64,000 bases of DNA, taken from the human T2T-CHM13v2.0 reference genome, Homo sapiens. The notes beneath the pieces were generated by a model, which was not told the DNA's origin, did not search any database, and saw only the letters and a list, made by a program, of their open reading frames with translations. Shown here one piece after another: positions 16,040 through 29,284 of the stretch. The stretch's first letter is position 1. Each line of letters begins with the position of its first letter. The position numbers were made by a program, and so were the translations under genes. The stretch lies in the NCBI RefSeq assembly GCF_009914755.1, contig NC_060925.1; one strand, written 5' to 3'.

Positions 16040-16719
16040 GCGTTTTAAACGCCCTTCTACCAGTTATGGATCCTTAACACGTACCTTCATGGATAAAGCA
16101 TTCAGGACAATAGTGCTTACACATTACGCTGTGCTTGCTTTATAAAAGCAACACAGGTGCAGAACCTGTAGGAATTGCTTTGGGAATAACTTGTTCTTGC
16201 AAACATAGTGTGTGAAATCATTGTTTCTCAGCCTTTGATTCTCTTTTGTGTGCTTAAAAATCATTTTAGTTTGAAAAGGAATACATGCATTTTAAAAAAT
16301 TCAATTCAAAAAGCGTTTTTTCCCTCCCACCCACAATCATTAACCATTGTGAAAGGTTTGATGTTTATCCTTCTAGACCTTTCTCTTTACCTACAAACAT
16401 AAATAGGCGCAGAGAGAATCTTTTTAAATTCTGTTCTTTCAGAAACGGCATCATGATCTGCATATTGTTCTGTGATTTGCTTTACAAATGCGACAGCATC
16501 GTGTTACATTTTCTGTTACGTCACCACTTTGGAGGGGCTGCATGGAGCTCCGTGGTGTAGATGAGGTGGGACTCATGCTGTCCCCAGCATCTTCATCCTC
16601 ATGTCCCTGTGGAGGCCTATAGGGTTTGGTAGACAAGAGCCCTGGAAGGGCTGTTGCTGGGTGATTGTTGGGCGTTTTGCACATGGACAGGGACTGCCTC
16701 GTTGTACCTGCACACCTAG

Positions 16720-17118
<399 letters not shown>

Positions 17119-17807
17119 TAACCCTGGGCATCCCACAGCACTGTCTCGCTCCTGTCTCGGCGGTAGTGCTGTGTCTAGCATCACATTCCTCTGTGCCTTG
17201 CATAATGAAAGCAAACCGTGGCTGTATCCAGAAGGCGCTCTCTGACCACAGGGACCTGCCTTGCCTCTCCTGCCCCTCCAGGCTCCCTCAGCCTTCAGAG
17301 AGAATGGCTGCCCTAGATCATTAAAGGCTGAAGACAGGTGCCCTTCACCTGTCCCGGGTCTAGGACTCCCAAACAGTGCACTTTGGGGATGCTTTTGACT
17401 CCTCCCCATCCCCTGGGATCAGCATTCATTTCCAGGCTTCCTTCCCTCTGTATCTGCAGACCTGGCTGCCCCCACCTGGAGGAGCCCACGAAACTGGAGG
17501 GATTTGCGAGGTTCTTTTCTTCCTTCCTACTAAGATCTGGGGCCCCCAGCAAATCCAAAGATGGCCTTTTTCCTGGACCCAGACAACCTTAAATGGCTGT
17601 TCGAAGCTGGCCGAGGGAGTACGGGGCTTTCAGAAGCTCATCTGCTTAGAGCCCAGGCTGCCACCGAGAAATCCAGTAGGGTCACGCGGCTCTGATGGGT
17701 GTTTGGAACCCCAACCCACCCCGTCCCATGGCTGCTCTGGAAACACTGGGTTGAGGGCTTTTGCCGTCAAAGGATGTAAGGGACATCCCCTTTCACTCGT
17801 GCAAGAA

Positions 17808-17856
17808 TGTGTGTGTGTGTATATATGTGCGTGTGTGCACGTGCATGTGTGTGTGT
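17808..17856. repeat. (TG)n-type microsatellite
   Basis: Alternating purine-pyrimidine tract. Confidence 0.9.
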
Positions 17857-18780
17857 AGTGGTGGGGTATTCCTCCCACTGGGGGAAGAAGTTCACTGAAG
17901 CCAAACCCCAGGGCTTCGTGTCATCTGGTGTCCCCGCAGGTAGCCCCTCCCCCTCCTCCAGAGCTTTTAATGGCCTTCACTGTGTTGTAGGAAAGGCAGA
18001 ATCTCCTCCAGGGTGTGTATCCCTCTGCAGGGGAAGCCAAGGTGACTCCAGGGCCCGTGGCTGCTCTCCGGCTCTGAGGGTCCGGGCCATGGTTCCTGCC
18101 TGCATCCCGTTTTTCGCTCCTCTCTGCTTCCCCGAGCCCAGCCCTCCCGTGCATGAGACAGACGCTCCCGCCACGTGCTCGACTTTGATATTGGTGACGT
18201 GTCCTCTCCCTTTATCCCCCACCTGCTTGTGGCACGATGGGGCCAGAGCTGTGCCGGGCCAGGACTGGGGGTAGGTGAGTGTGGGGTTAGGGGGCTGTCC
18301 CAGCTGAGCTCAACCAGAGAGGCCAAGGGACGTGGAGCGTGAGAGGCTGAGGCCTTGGCGCCAGCGCCGTAGATGCGTGTCAGATTTGACAGCTGATCTC
18401 TGACACAAGGCGTGCAGGAGCGTGGGTGGGTGGACGGCTTGCCTGCCTTCCTCAGGAGGAAGCTATCCACGGGACATGTCCTGAGCGAGTGTCAGGGAAC
18501 TCGTGCCACACACAATCCGCCACCAGCATCGACTCTTCGATCCAGATGAGATGCAGCTGTCTTCCGTGACTCACGGCCTCTGGGCCAGTTGTGTGAGGAA
18601 GGTCCTTTCGGGAGTTCCCAACCCACCGTTTTATGGCTGTTTTTCTCTCTTGACCCTTCCTGATCTTTACTTTAATCTGATCTTACTTGTGGGAAAATGT
18701 TGCTAGGAGTTCCCAACCCAGAGTGACTGGTGAGCTCCCTGTCACCCATGAGGAGGACGGTCCTGCAGTTAGAGCTCCTG

Positions 18781-19005
18781 TACATACATATGCATACACA
18801 CACACAGACACACGCCACACACGCAGACACAGGCAGACACGACACACGTGTACCTACATGCACACACAGCACATATATACACACATGAAGACACACCACA
18901 CACATATACACACATCCAGACACACCACACACACAGATACATACACGCCTCACATATCTACACACACACACACACCCCTACCACCCGCACAGGTACACAC
19001 ACACA
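18781..19005. repeat. Imperfect (CA)n tract
   Basis: ~225 bp CA-rich. Confidence 0.9.
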
Positions 19006-19423
19006 TTCTTTCTCCTGGTTGAAATACCCTCACGGCATTTATGCCTGTGATGAGATTACAACCTGGTCTTCAGGAAGCACCAGACATTGGACCCCTGCGT
19101 GTGACAGCTGAGCCTTGCAGCCTGAGGGCTGCGGACAGGAGAACTGTCATTATTTAGAGTGAGTAGAGTTTGGTGGGGCAGGAGGGGTACAGGCCAGGCA
19201 TTGGTTTGTTGTGGGGCTTGGCTGAGACAGCTGTGCAGAGGAGGAGGCAGGCGCGGTCCTGGGGACGTGGTGACTAATGCAAGAGTGTGCTTTTGGGGAT
19301 GAAAACTTTCACTAAGGGAATGGAGAGCAGGCGCCGCCGGCCAGGGCACTGCCTGGACTATGACGCCTCTGTCCTGCTTGTTAGTCTCAGCTGCTGCCTT
19401 TGCTCTCACTGTGTAGGCACACA

Positions 19424-19478
19424 GTGTACACGTGTGTGCATGTGTGTGCATGTAGGCATGCGTGCATGCGTGTGTGTG
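19424..19478. repeat. (TG)/TGCATG tract
   Basis: gtgtacacgtgtgtgcatgtgtgtgcatg... Confidence 0.85.
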
Positions 19479-19935
19479 GTGGGTGGCGGTGGCAGCAGCA
19501 GGGCCACATCTGTCCTCTGCTCTCCCGTTCCAGCCCTGCAGGGCAGTACGAGCCACGCCCTTTGCGTCTGCTCCTCCTGGGTGGGGATGAAGGCTGAGTC
19601 CTCCCACCTCCTGGAAACTCACCAACTGCTCAGCAGTCCCAGGCCCTGATGCTTCTGTGGCACTGCTGGGCCCCACAAGGCTTAGGCATCTGCATTTGCT
19701 TCTCAGAGCAGCAGTAAGTGGGGGTGGTCCCAGAGCTGTGCTGTTCTCCCAGCTCCTGCCTGAAGTGTAGTGCCCGGTGCTGGATGCCCTCCTGGCCCAG
19801 GGATGTCTGTCTTGGTCCAGTGTTAACAGGAGCCATCCAGGCACCTGTGAATGTTACTCGGTACCTGTGGGTGGTACACACCCCCTGTCCTGAGCGCCAT
19901 GTCCAGGAATTGTGATGATGGTATTAGCAGTTTTG

Positions 19936-20100
19936 CATGGGGTCGGCAAACAACAGCTCCTGGGCCAAATCTGGCCCACTGTCTATTTTTGTAAATAAAG
20001 TTTTATTGAAACACATTCATGCCCATTGATTTACATATTGTCCGGAGAGCCTTAAGTAGTTACTATCTGGCCCCTGATGGAAGAAGTTTGCTGACCCCTG
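19936..20100. mobile_element. MER58A-like DNA transposon, internally deleted
   Basis: Ends ggggtcggcaaac / gtttgctgacccctg; core tttgtaaataaagttttattgaaacaca. Confidence 0.75.
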
Positions 20101-21274
20101 GTTTAGAAGGGACCTTAAACTTGATCTGCCCTAGCCCAGACTTCCAAGTCCTTGGGTCTTGGCCCAAAGGCAGCGTCCCTCTGTAGGGCCAGATGTGGTG
20201 ACCAGGAAGACAGGAGAACAGTGATCTTTGATCAGTGAATGGAGCACAGGCTAGGAAATAAATGAAAGTGGAAATGCAATAACGCCAGCCCTCTCTGGAA
20301 CACTGTCTCCACTGAGTTTTAGGTAAGTGTGTGACAGACAAACGAGCAGAAGCTTGGAGAAGCTCAGGGTGGATCTTGGTGGCCGGAGCTACTGTCTCGG
20401 CGCATGAGCTTGGAAGCTTCAGGAAGCAGGGCTGGGGAAGCACCCTCCAGGCTGCAGTTCCAGGGGAGGTGGCGAGTCCAGCTCCTGGGGACCCGCAGAA
20501 AGGGTGGATCTGTGCGGCCACATTTTAAAATAGAAGGAAGAGGACAGATGGATGGCTTCAGTGTTCCTGCACAGCAAGGAGGTGGCTAGGTGTGAACAAA
20601 AGGAAGTTGGGAAGGCACTGTCATCTTTAACCATAGCCTGGACACAGGGTGGGTGACAGATGAGTCAAGAGTAGCCCTAGGGCCACCACAGTGATTGACC
20701 ACCTGGGAGGTGACTCAGATGGCAGAAGTGGCCGGGTGTGTGGGCCACATTCCCTGGCTAGGCCCTGGGGTGCCCTTGTGAAGGAATCACCCCACAGTGC
20801 TGCAGGCCCCTTTACCTGCCTGCCCTGCCCGGGGAAAACGCCCCACCCTCTTTCCCCAGCCTCCCTCCTCCCAGGCCCTCCCTCCCACAGACTCCCATCC
20901 CTCACAGCCATGTGGTCCAAGGCCTGGGCTGGGGTGAGGGGGTGGAGGGAAGGTGGGTGGAGGTGGAGGGGTTGTGGTTCAGGTTAGGTTTAGGGAGCTC
21001 AGCCCAGCATTGGTGTTAAGGACTTGCTAGGCCACCTGAGGTGCTGGCATCTCAGAACTAGGAGAGGTTGTGGAGCCGACCTGGACAGACAGACAGTGGA
21101 TGTCCCACGTCAGGGTGAAGCCGTCCTTTCTGGTGGCTCTTTCTGGGACGGGGCTGGCCCAGCCTCTGGGGATCCCCCGCTCCCCACCATCCGGATAATG
21201 CCTGCTACAGCCCCACAAGGCTGTGTCTTAAGTGGAGACGATGCAGGGCCCTGTCTAAGCTCTGGCTGGCGGAC

Positions 21275-21440
21275 CCCAGGCCAGCCTGTCCTTATAAATA
21301 AAGTTTTCTGGAACTCAGCCACGCGCGTTTATTTATGTCCCGTCTGTGGCTGCTTTTGTGCGACAACAGCAGAGACTGTCTGGCCCTCAAAGCCAGGCAT
21401 TTACTATCGCGCCCATTTCAGAAAAAGCTGATCTCCGGTC
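21275..21440. mobile_element. MER58-like fragment
   Basis: ataaataaagttttctggaactcagccacg...tggctgctttt...tatttactatc-like core. Confidence 0.6.
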
Positions 21441-21492
21441 TCGCTGAGACAGGCGTTCTGTGTGTTCAGTTCTGGGTTTATTAGCCTGAGAG

Positions 21493-21735
21493 CTCCCTCC
21501 TCCTCCCTCCTCTGCCTCCCCCTCCTTCCCCGTCCCTCCCTGTCTCACCCCACTTCACCCTTTCAGAGCAACCCTCTGAGGTGTTGCTCTCCTCGCCTCT
21601 TCCCCCCTCAACCTCCCTGTTATGGTCCCTCCTGGCATTTTCAATTACCTGCTAGAGGACCTCTCCCCGCCACCTGTCTCTCCCACCCTCCCCTCCCTCC
21701 CCCAGCCTCCTCCTCACTCTTCCCACCTGCTCCCA
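21493..21735. repeat. CT-rich low-complexity tract
   Basis: Multiple C-runs (G4 potential on the minus strand). Confidence 0.7.
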
Positions 21736-22495
21736 CACGTGGAGAGAGGGTGAATCTTCCATGACAGACGAGATCCCGGGAGAAAGGTCCTCCCTGCTGC
21801 CACAGTTGAGCGGCAGGGGGGCTGTGGAGGGGCTACGCTGCAGGAAGCGTGACATGAACTAACTCTCTTAGAAAGTAATTCCTGCCCCGTCCTCCCAGGG
21901 AGCTGACCTCTGTGCCCACAGGACCCTGCAAAATTGAGAATATGGAGAGGTTCCTGGGCACCAAGCTGGAGGGGGTGTCCAGACAGATGGGAGGGTGGTA
22001 CTCTGCACCCCCGCTCCATGCAGCTCTGACCTCGAGAGCCGCCTCAGCCCGCCCGGCCCCTCGAGAGCCGCCTCGGCCCTCCCAGCCTTCCTACAGCTCA
22101 GAAAATGCTCCAGTGGAGGTTGGGGAAGAGGGGAATTCAGGGAAGGCCACACCCGCACCACACCAGACCCAGCTCTCTCCCCCTTCCCTCCCGCAGCTTG
22201 AGGCGCAGGCCCCAAAGCCACAGGGTGTCCCTCTGCAGCGCCATGGAGGGAGTCCTAGAGGTTTCAGTGGCTCCCAGGAGAGGAGATGGAACTAAAAGCT
22301 TGAAAATGGGATTTTCCTGGGAGATCATGGATGTGAGGTCACAGTATTCACAGAACTCTCTGGAACCAGGGCGGCCCTCTAGGCTGCAGAGGGGACACCT
22401 CAGCTCTGTAATGGCTTTGCAGACACTGGACACAAGGAGTCCTGCCCTGCTCTGAAGAGATGACCGTGCCCCTGAGATCAGAACCCTCTGTCTAT

Positions 22496-22789
<294 letters not shown>

Positions 22790-23372
22790 GGAACCCTGTG
22801 TCTCACATCAGAAAGGGGAGGGCGAGAAGCATGACCTGGCCCCTGAGATAAGGGGGTCGGGGCACCAAGTGTTCCCGCATGGGAAGGTTCTGCCAGGACC
22901 AAACTTCCTGGAGACCTGGCCGCCCCGGGAACAGGGTCTCGTGGGGCCTCTTCCCAGCTGAGAGGGAGCTCTAGGCCAGCCCCACTGCAGAGCCTGGCCC
23001 TGGCTGGCCCCATACTGAAGGGGGAGGCCAGCCCTCTGAGGTCCCTGGATTTCCGTGTGTCTGGGAGCCTGCAGCCTCCCCTACCCCGGGTTCCTTTGGG
23101 TTCTCTTTGTCTCCTTTACTCGGGCACCCTAGTAACAAGCGACCCAGCGTGACTCTCTCCCGGCAGCCAAGGCTCCAACAGCCTCCCGCCCAGGCGCCCC
23201 CACAGGCTCCTTTAGTTCCATTTCTTCAACGGGAGCCTGCCTTGCCCCTGGCCTAGTTGATCCTAGGAGCCTGACCCCAAACCAGGCTGCCCTCCTTGGC
23301 CTCTCTGGTCCCTTCCAGAGGCCAAGGAGGTTCTTGATGGCAGAAAGAAACTTCTCTCTTGAACGAGGCTCA

Positions 23373-23903
<531 letters not shown>

Positions 23904-24600
23904 CTAAGAAATCCCGGGGGTCGGGGGATGAGCCCCCCTTGCTGTCTGAATCGAGGCCTTCCCTTGAGAAGAATGTAGCTGGCGGAGGAGGCTCCTGGTG
24001 CCTTTCGTGCCAAGCGCACACAGACCCCTGAGTTGAGCTGTCCAGCTGCACCAGAAGGCCCTTTTCTGCAGTGAATTGGTGGTGCGTCTGCTGGAGGTAG
24101 CTGTGCCAGAGACAGGGAGGAGGAGCTGGGATTGGCATCCTCAGCAGCCTCTGCTGCTACCTGGGGCTCCACTTCCCCTCTGAACCGCAAGGCAAGGGCC
24201 ATGCACCTCCCTCTGTTTTGACCAAGCAAATGCCCACTGTCATGGCTGAGTCCTGGTTCTGTGGCACCATGGCCTTCCGCCCTGTGGAACCCTGATGAGG
24301 TATTTGGTGGGCATCAGCCATGTGTCTGTACCCAACACAGATGAGGGTGATGCCCATCCCCCAAGCCCACCTCTCCACACAGTCGGCCGCGTGGACAGAC
24401 AGACCCTTTCCTTTGTGACAGCTAGCCAGGGAACGGGGGATTTCATTCTGCGCCAAGGCTCCAGCCTGCCCGTGTCAGGCATGACAGAGCCCAGGTGCAG
24501 GCTGCTGGGACATGCTGATGTGGTCGCCTTGCCCTCCGGGTTAACTTTCCCCTTCATCCCACAGTCCTGCTCACCGGTTGTTTGTCTTTCCGTCCATTAG

Positions 24601-24749
24601 GCAATACTGAACACTGCGCAGCTTGCAGAGGTCTCCTGGCAGCCCTCATTAGGAATTCTGTCTGGCCCCGATCAGAATACTGGAGACGAGACCACGAGAT
24701 TGATGAGTTTGCCTTGGGAGTCGGTAAGAAGGTGAAGCCAGGGGCGAAC
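24601..24749 (+). other. SPSB1: 5'UTR portion of SPSB1 exon 2 (149 nt)
   Basis: Acceptor tttgtctttccgtccattag|G at 24600/24601, branch-point-like CTCAC at 24570-24574. An alternative AG lies at 24563-24564. Confidence 0.8.
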
Positions 24750-25443
24750 ATGGGTCAGAAGGTCACTGGAGGGATCAAGACTGTGGACATGAGGGACCCC
24801 ACGTACAGGCCCCTGAAGCAGGAGCTCCAGGGTCTGGATTACTGCAAGCCCACCCGGCTGGATCTGCTACTGGACATGCCCCCTGTGTCCTATGATGTCC
24901 AGCTGCTGCATTCATGGAACAACAACGACCGATCGCTCAATGTCTTTGTGAAGGAGGACGACAAGCTCATCTTTCACCGGCATCCGGTGGCCCAGAGCAC
25001 GGACGCTATCAGGGGCAAAGTCGGGTATACCCGTGGGCTGCACGTGTGGCAGATCACGTGGGCCATGAGACAGCGGGGCACACACGCCGTGGTGGGGGTG
25101 GCGACGGCAGACGCCCCCCTGCACTCTGTCGGGTACACAACCCTCGTGGGGAATAACCACGAGTCCTGGGGCTGGGACTTGGGGCGCAACCGGCTCTACC
25201 ACGATGGCAAGAACCAGCCAAGCAAAACATACCCAGCCTTTCTGGAACCAGATGAGACATTCATTGTCCCTGACTCCTTCCTGGTAGCCCTGGACATGGA
25301 CGACGGGACTCTGAGCTTCATTGTGGATGGACAGTACATGGGAGTGGCTTTTCGGGGACTCAAGGGCAAAAAACTGTATCCTGTAGTGAGTGCCGTCTGG
25401 GGCCACTGTGAGATCCGAATGCGCTACTTGAACGGACTCGATC
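24750..25443 (+). CDS. SPSB1: SPSB1 coding exon 2: residues 1-231 plus first base of codon 232; N-terminus and B30.2/SPRY domain
   Basis: ATG at 24750 in strong Kozak context (aacATGg). Translation [21 protein letters not shown]...[27 protein letters not shown]...[23 protein letters not shown] matches SPSB1. Ends at donor C|GTAAGT (25443/25444). Confidence 0.98.
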
Positions 25444-25645
25444 GTAAGTGTCTCCTCTGCTGTCAGAGGCAATGCCCTCCCTCAGTCCCCATGGTCCTGG
25501 CTGGGCTCAGGCCAAAAGTTGATTCATTGGAACTAGAGTGTTTTGAAGACGATATTCCAGTGTATTCAGACCCTCAGAGGCAACTTTTGCATCGGGTTAA
25601 GTGAGGAATTCTACCCAGAGTCAGCTAGATTACCTAACGGTGCCT

Positions 25646-26236
25646 CATGAATGAATGGACAGATGGATGGATGATGGATGATGAATGAATAGATGGATGA
25701 ATGATTGGTTGGATGGATGGATGATGAATAGATGGATAGATGAGTGAATAATGGATGGATGCGTGTATAATGAATTGATGGATGAATGTTTGGATTGATA
25801 GATAAGTGGTTGAACAAACAGATGGATGGATGTGGGTGGATGGGTGGGTAGGGGGTGGATGAGTGTTTAGATTGATGGATGGATGAGTGGATGAACAAGT
25901 GGATGGATGAATGAGTGGATGGATAAATGAACGGATGGATGGGTGGGTGGATGGATGGATGGATGGATGAGTGGATGGATGGATGGATGAGTGGATGGAT
26001 GGATGGGTGGATGGATGGGTGGATGGATGGGTGGATGGATGAGTGGATGGATGGATGGGTGGATGGATCAGTGAATGAATGGATGGATGGATGGATGGAT
26101 AAATGAACAGGTGGATGAGTGGGTAGATGGATGGATGGATGGATGAGTGGGTGGATGGATCAGTGAATGGATGGATGAGTGGATGGATAAGCAGATAGAC
26201 TAATGAATTGATGGATAAATGGATAGATGGATGAAT
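25646..26236. repeat. Imperfect (TGGA)n array, ~590 bp
   Basis: tggatggatgga with tgaa/tggg variants. Confidence 0.95.
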
Positions 26237-28279
26237 TAATAAGTAGGTGGTCTTTGTTTCTCTGGGTGACCTGCCTCCAGGTTTGATCCTCAGTTGACCA
26301 AATTCTAGCCCAGTTGCCAGCATATCATCGAGCTGGGGTTTGTAACCTTGGGGATACTAGGGCCTCTCCGGTAAATGAATGCTAGTGACCTCTCTCACTC
26401 ATTAGACAGGCTTAGAGTCTTTCTCTTCTGCCAGAGGCTTCTGAGTGGGCTCTGAGATACAGTCCTGAGGGACTTCTTCAGTCATGAAGTTGGGGAGGAG
26501 CATGCAGATCAGAAACAGACTGAGTCAACAGCGAACTCCACCTGTCCCTTTGGGAAGGGGAGTGGCCTTTCTCAGACTGTGAATGCAGCCCATGTGTAGG
26601 GGCACCGTGCTGGTGTGGGAGGTGAAGGCTCCATGGCTGCCCAGCTGGGAGTCCGTGGTAGCAGGAGGGCCTGGCGTTGCAGAACGGCTCACCCCGTGTA
26701 CGGCCCTCTCTCAGAGTTCCTTGCCTGCATGAGTCCCTTCTACCGCCTGCAAGTCCCACGTTGGGAAGCAAGTGGGCTGGAAAGCTCCATCCACCCATGG
26801 GTTGACTGTCCTTAAAGGGCAGGTTCAGCTCAGCACCCTGAGCTCTAACCCCACCCTGCAGGCCAGGCAAGAGGCAGAGGGGGGTGAGGCCCCCCACCAG
26901 AGGTCAGGAATACAGATGCTGACTCTGTCTTGAAGTCTCCAAGCCTGCAGCTTCTCCTCCTGGAGAAGGAGGTCCTCCTCCTGCTCTTCCTCCCCCACGT
27001 CAGCCTTTGAAAGATACTGGGGAAAGTGTCGGGGTGGTTAGGCATGCGCAAACGCTTACACATTTCTCTTTGGAAGCCTCCCCGCCCCTCTTTCTCTTGG
27101 TCCTCTGCTGTGACTTTGACTGTGATGGCAGTGAGTTGACAGCCACACACGATGTCTGTGGTACAGGCTCCCAGGGCTGCTTGGTCCTCGTCTGTGCAGC
27201 CTGGCGCCCCCAGGTCATGGGACTCCTGGAAGAGGTGGGTGACCAGGCCTGCAGCCAGCAGGTAGCCTCCCCGGGGAAGTCACCTCGGAAATGGAACCAG
27301 CAGAGTGAGTTCTGTGTCTGTCTCCCTAGGTGTCAGAAATGAGTGGCACCACGTCCACAGCCAAATTTGCCTCAAACTGGGATGGCTGCAGATTGGGAGC
27401 CCTGGGCATATCCTGCCTAGGACCTAGAATCTTGAGGAGCCCTGACCCTCAGCCCTGCCTCCCTCCTCCCAGCCATGGGGTGGTCACGGAGCCAGGGAGG
27501 TTAATGTCCATTCTTTGCAGACAGACAGATGAGGGGACTGCCAGACCTGCTCTTGTTGCCTGCCCACTGAGACTGTGGGGCCCCATGAAGATTTCCAGCC
27601 CTGTGCCCTCCAGGAACATGCCCCCTGATGCTGTCATGAGCTCTGGGTTTGCACAGCTTCACGGTTATGTATCATAGCTCCAGTACAGTACACAGACCCC
27701 TGGAGTGGCTGGGAGGGGACTGGAGCCTATTTGAACAGAGGGTTCCGCCCACCCAGTCCTGGAGGTGCAGACACATGTCCTGTGAATAGGCGATTTCCTG
27801 CTTAGTTAGCTCTGCATGAGATGGGAGGTTGGATGCTTTCATAATTTTCCTTGTTTGGAAAATCCTGAAGATGTTGGGTGAGTGGGGAATACGAGAATGG
27901 GAATCAGGATTCGGGAACCGCATCTGTGAGCTGGAATCTAGATGGCCACTCAGAGCATCACAGCCGGGCGCTATTAGTCAGTGACGAGGATGCTTTTTCC
28001 TCTCCACCAGCATCAGATGCCCAGCAAGTCCTGGTCAGACATGAATGGGCCCTGGGCCACGTGGTCAGTTGACTTTAGAGGTTCCAGATTGGAAAATAGA
28101 TGTGGTCGTTCTTGGGACACCGAGCAAAACATTGGAGGGTGGGGCACTGTCACAACTCCGCTGCAGCGTGGTGATAGGGTGAGGCGCGGGTGTTAGCGCT
28201 GCCAGCCTCAACCCGCTTAACCCGACACCTCTGGACGCTTATTGAGGCAGCATCTTGTGTCTTAGGAGTGTCGTTCTGC

Positions 28280-29275
<996 letters not shown>

Positions 29276-29284
29276 GACAGACAG

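Noticed and set aside
24912-25472. 186-aa antisense ORF over exon 2
   Set aside because: Typical shadow ORF caused by GC3-rich codon usage; no recognisable domain.
24582-25604. 340-aa ORF-track entry as the real protein
   Set aside because: It starts at an intronic TTG and runs through the donor. The true CDS starts at ATG 24750 and splices at 25443.
25611-26323. Minus-strand HPSI/HPST-repeat ORFs
   Set aside because: Translation of the (TCCA)n microsatellite.
28181-28231. Imperfect hairpin gaggcgcgggtgttagcg...cgcttaacccgacacctc
   Set aside because: Too many bulges and too short for a pre-miRNA or other ncRNA call.
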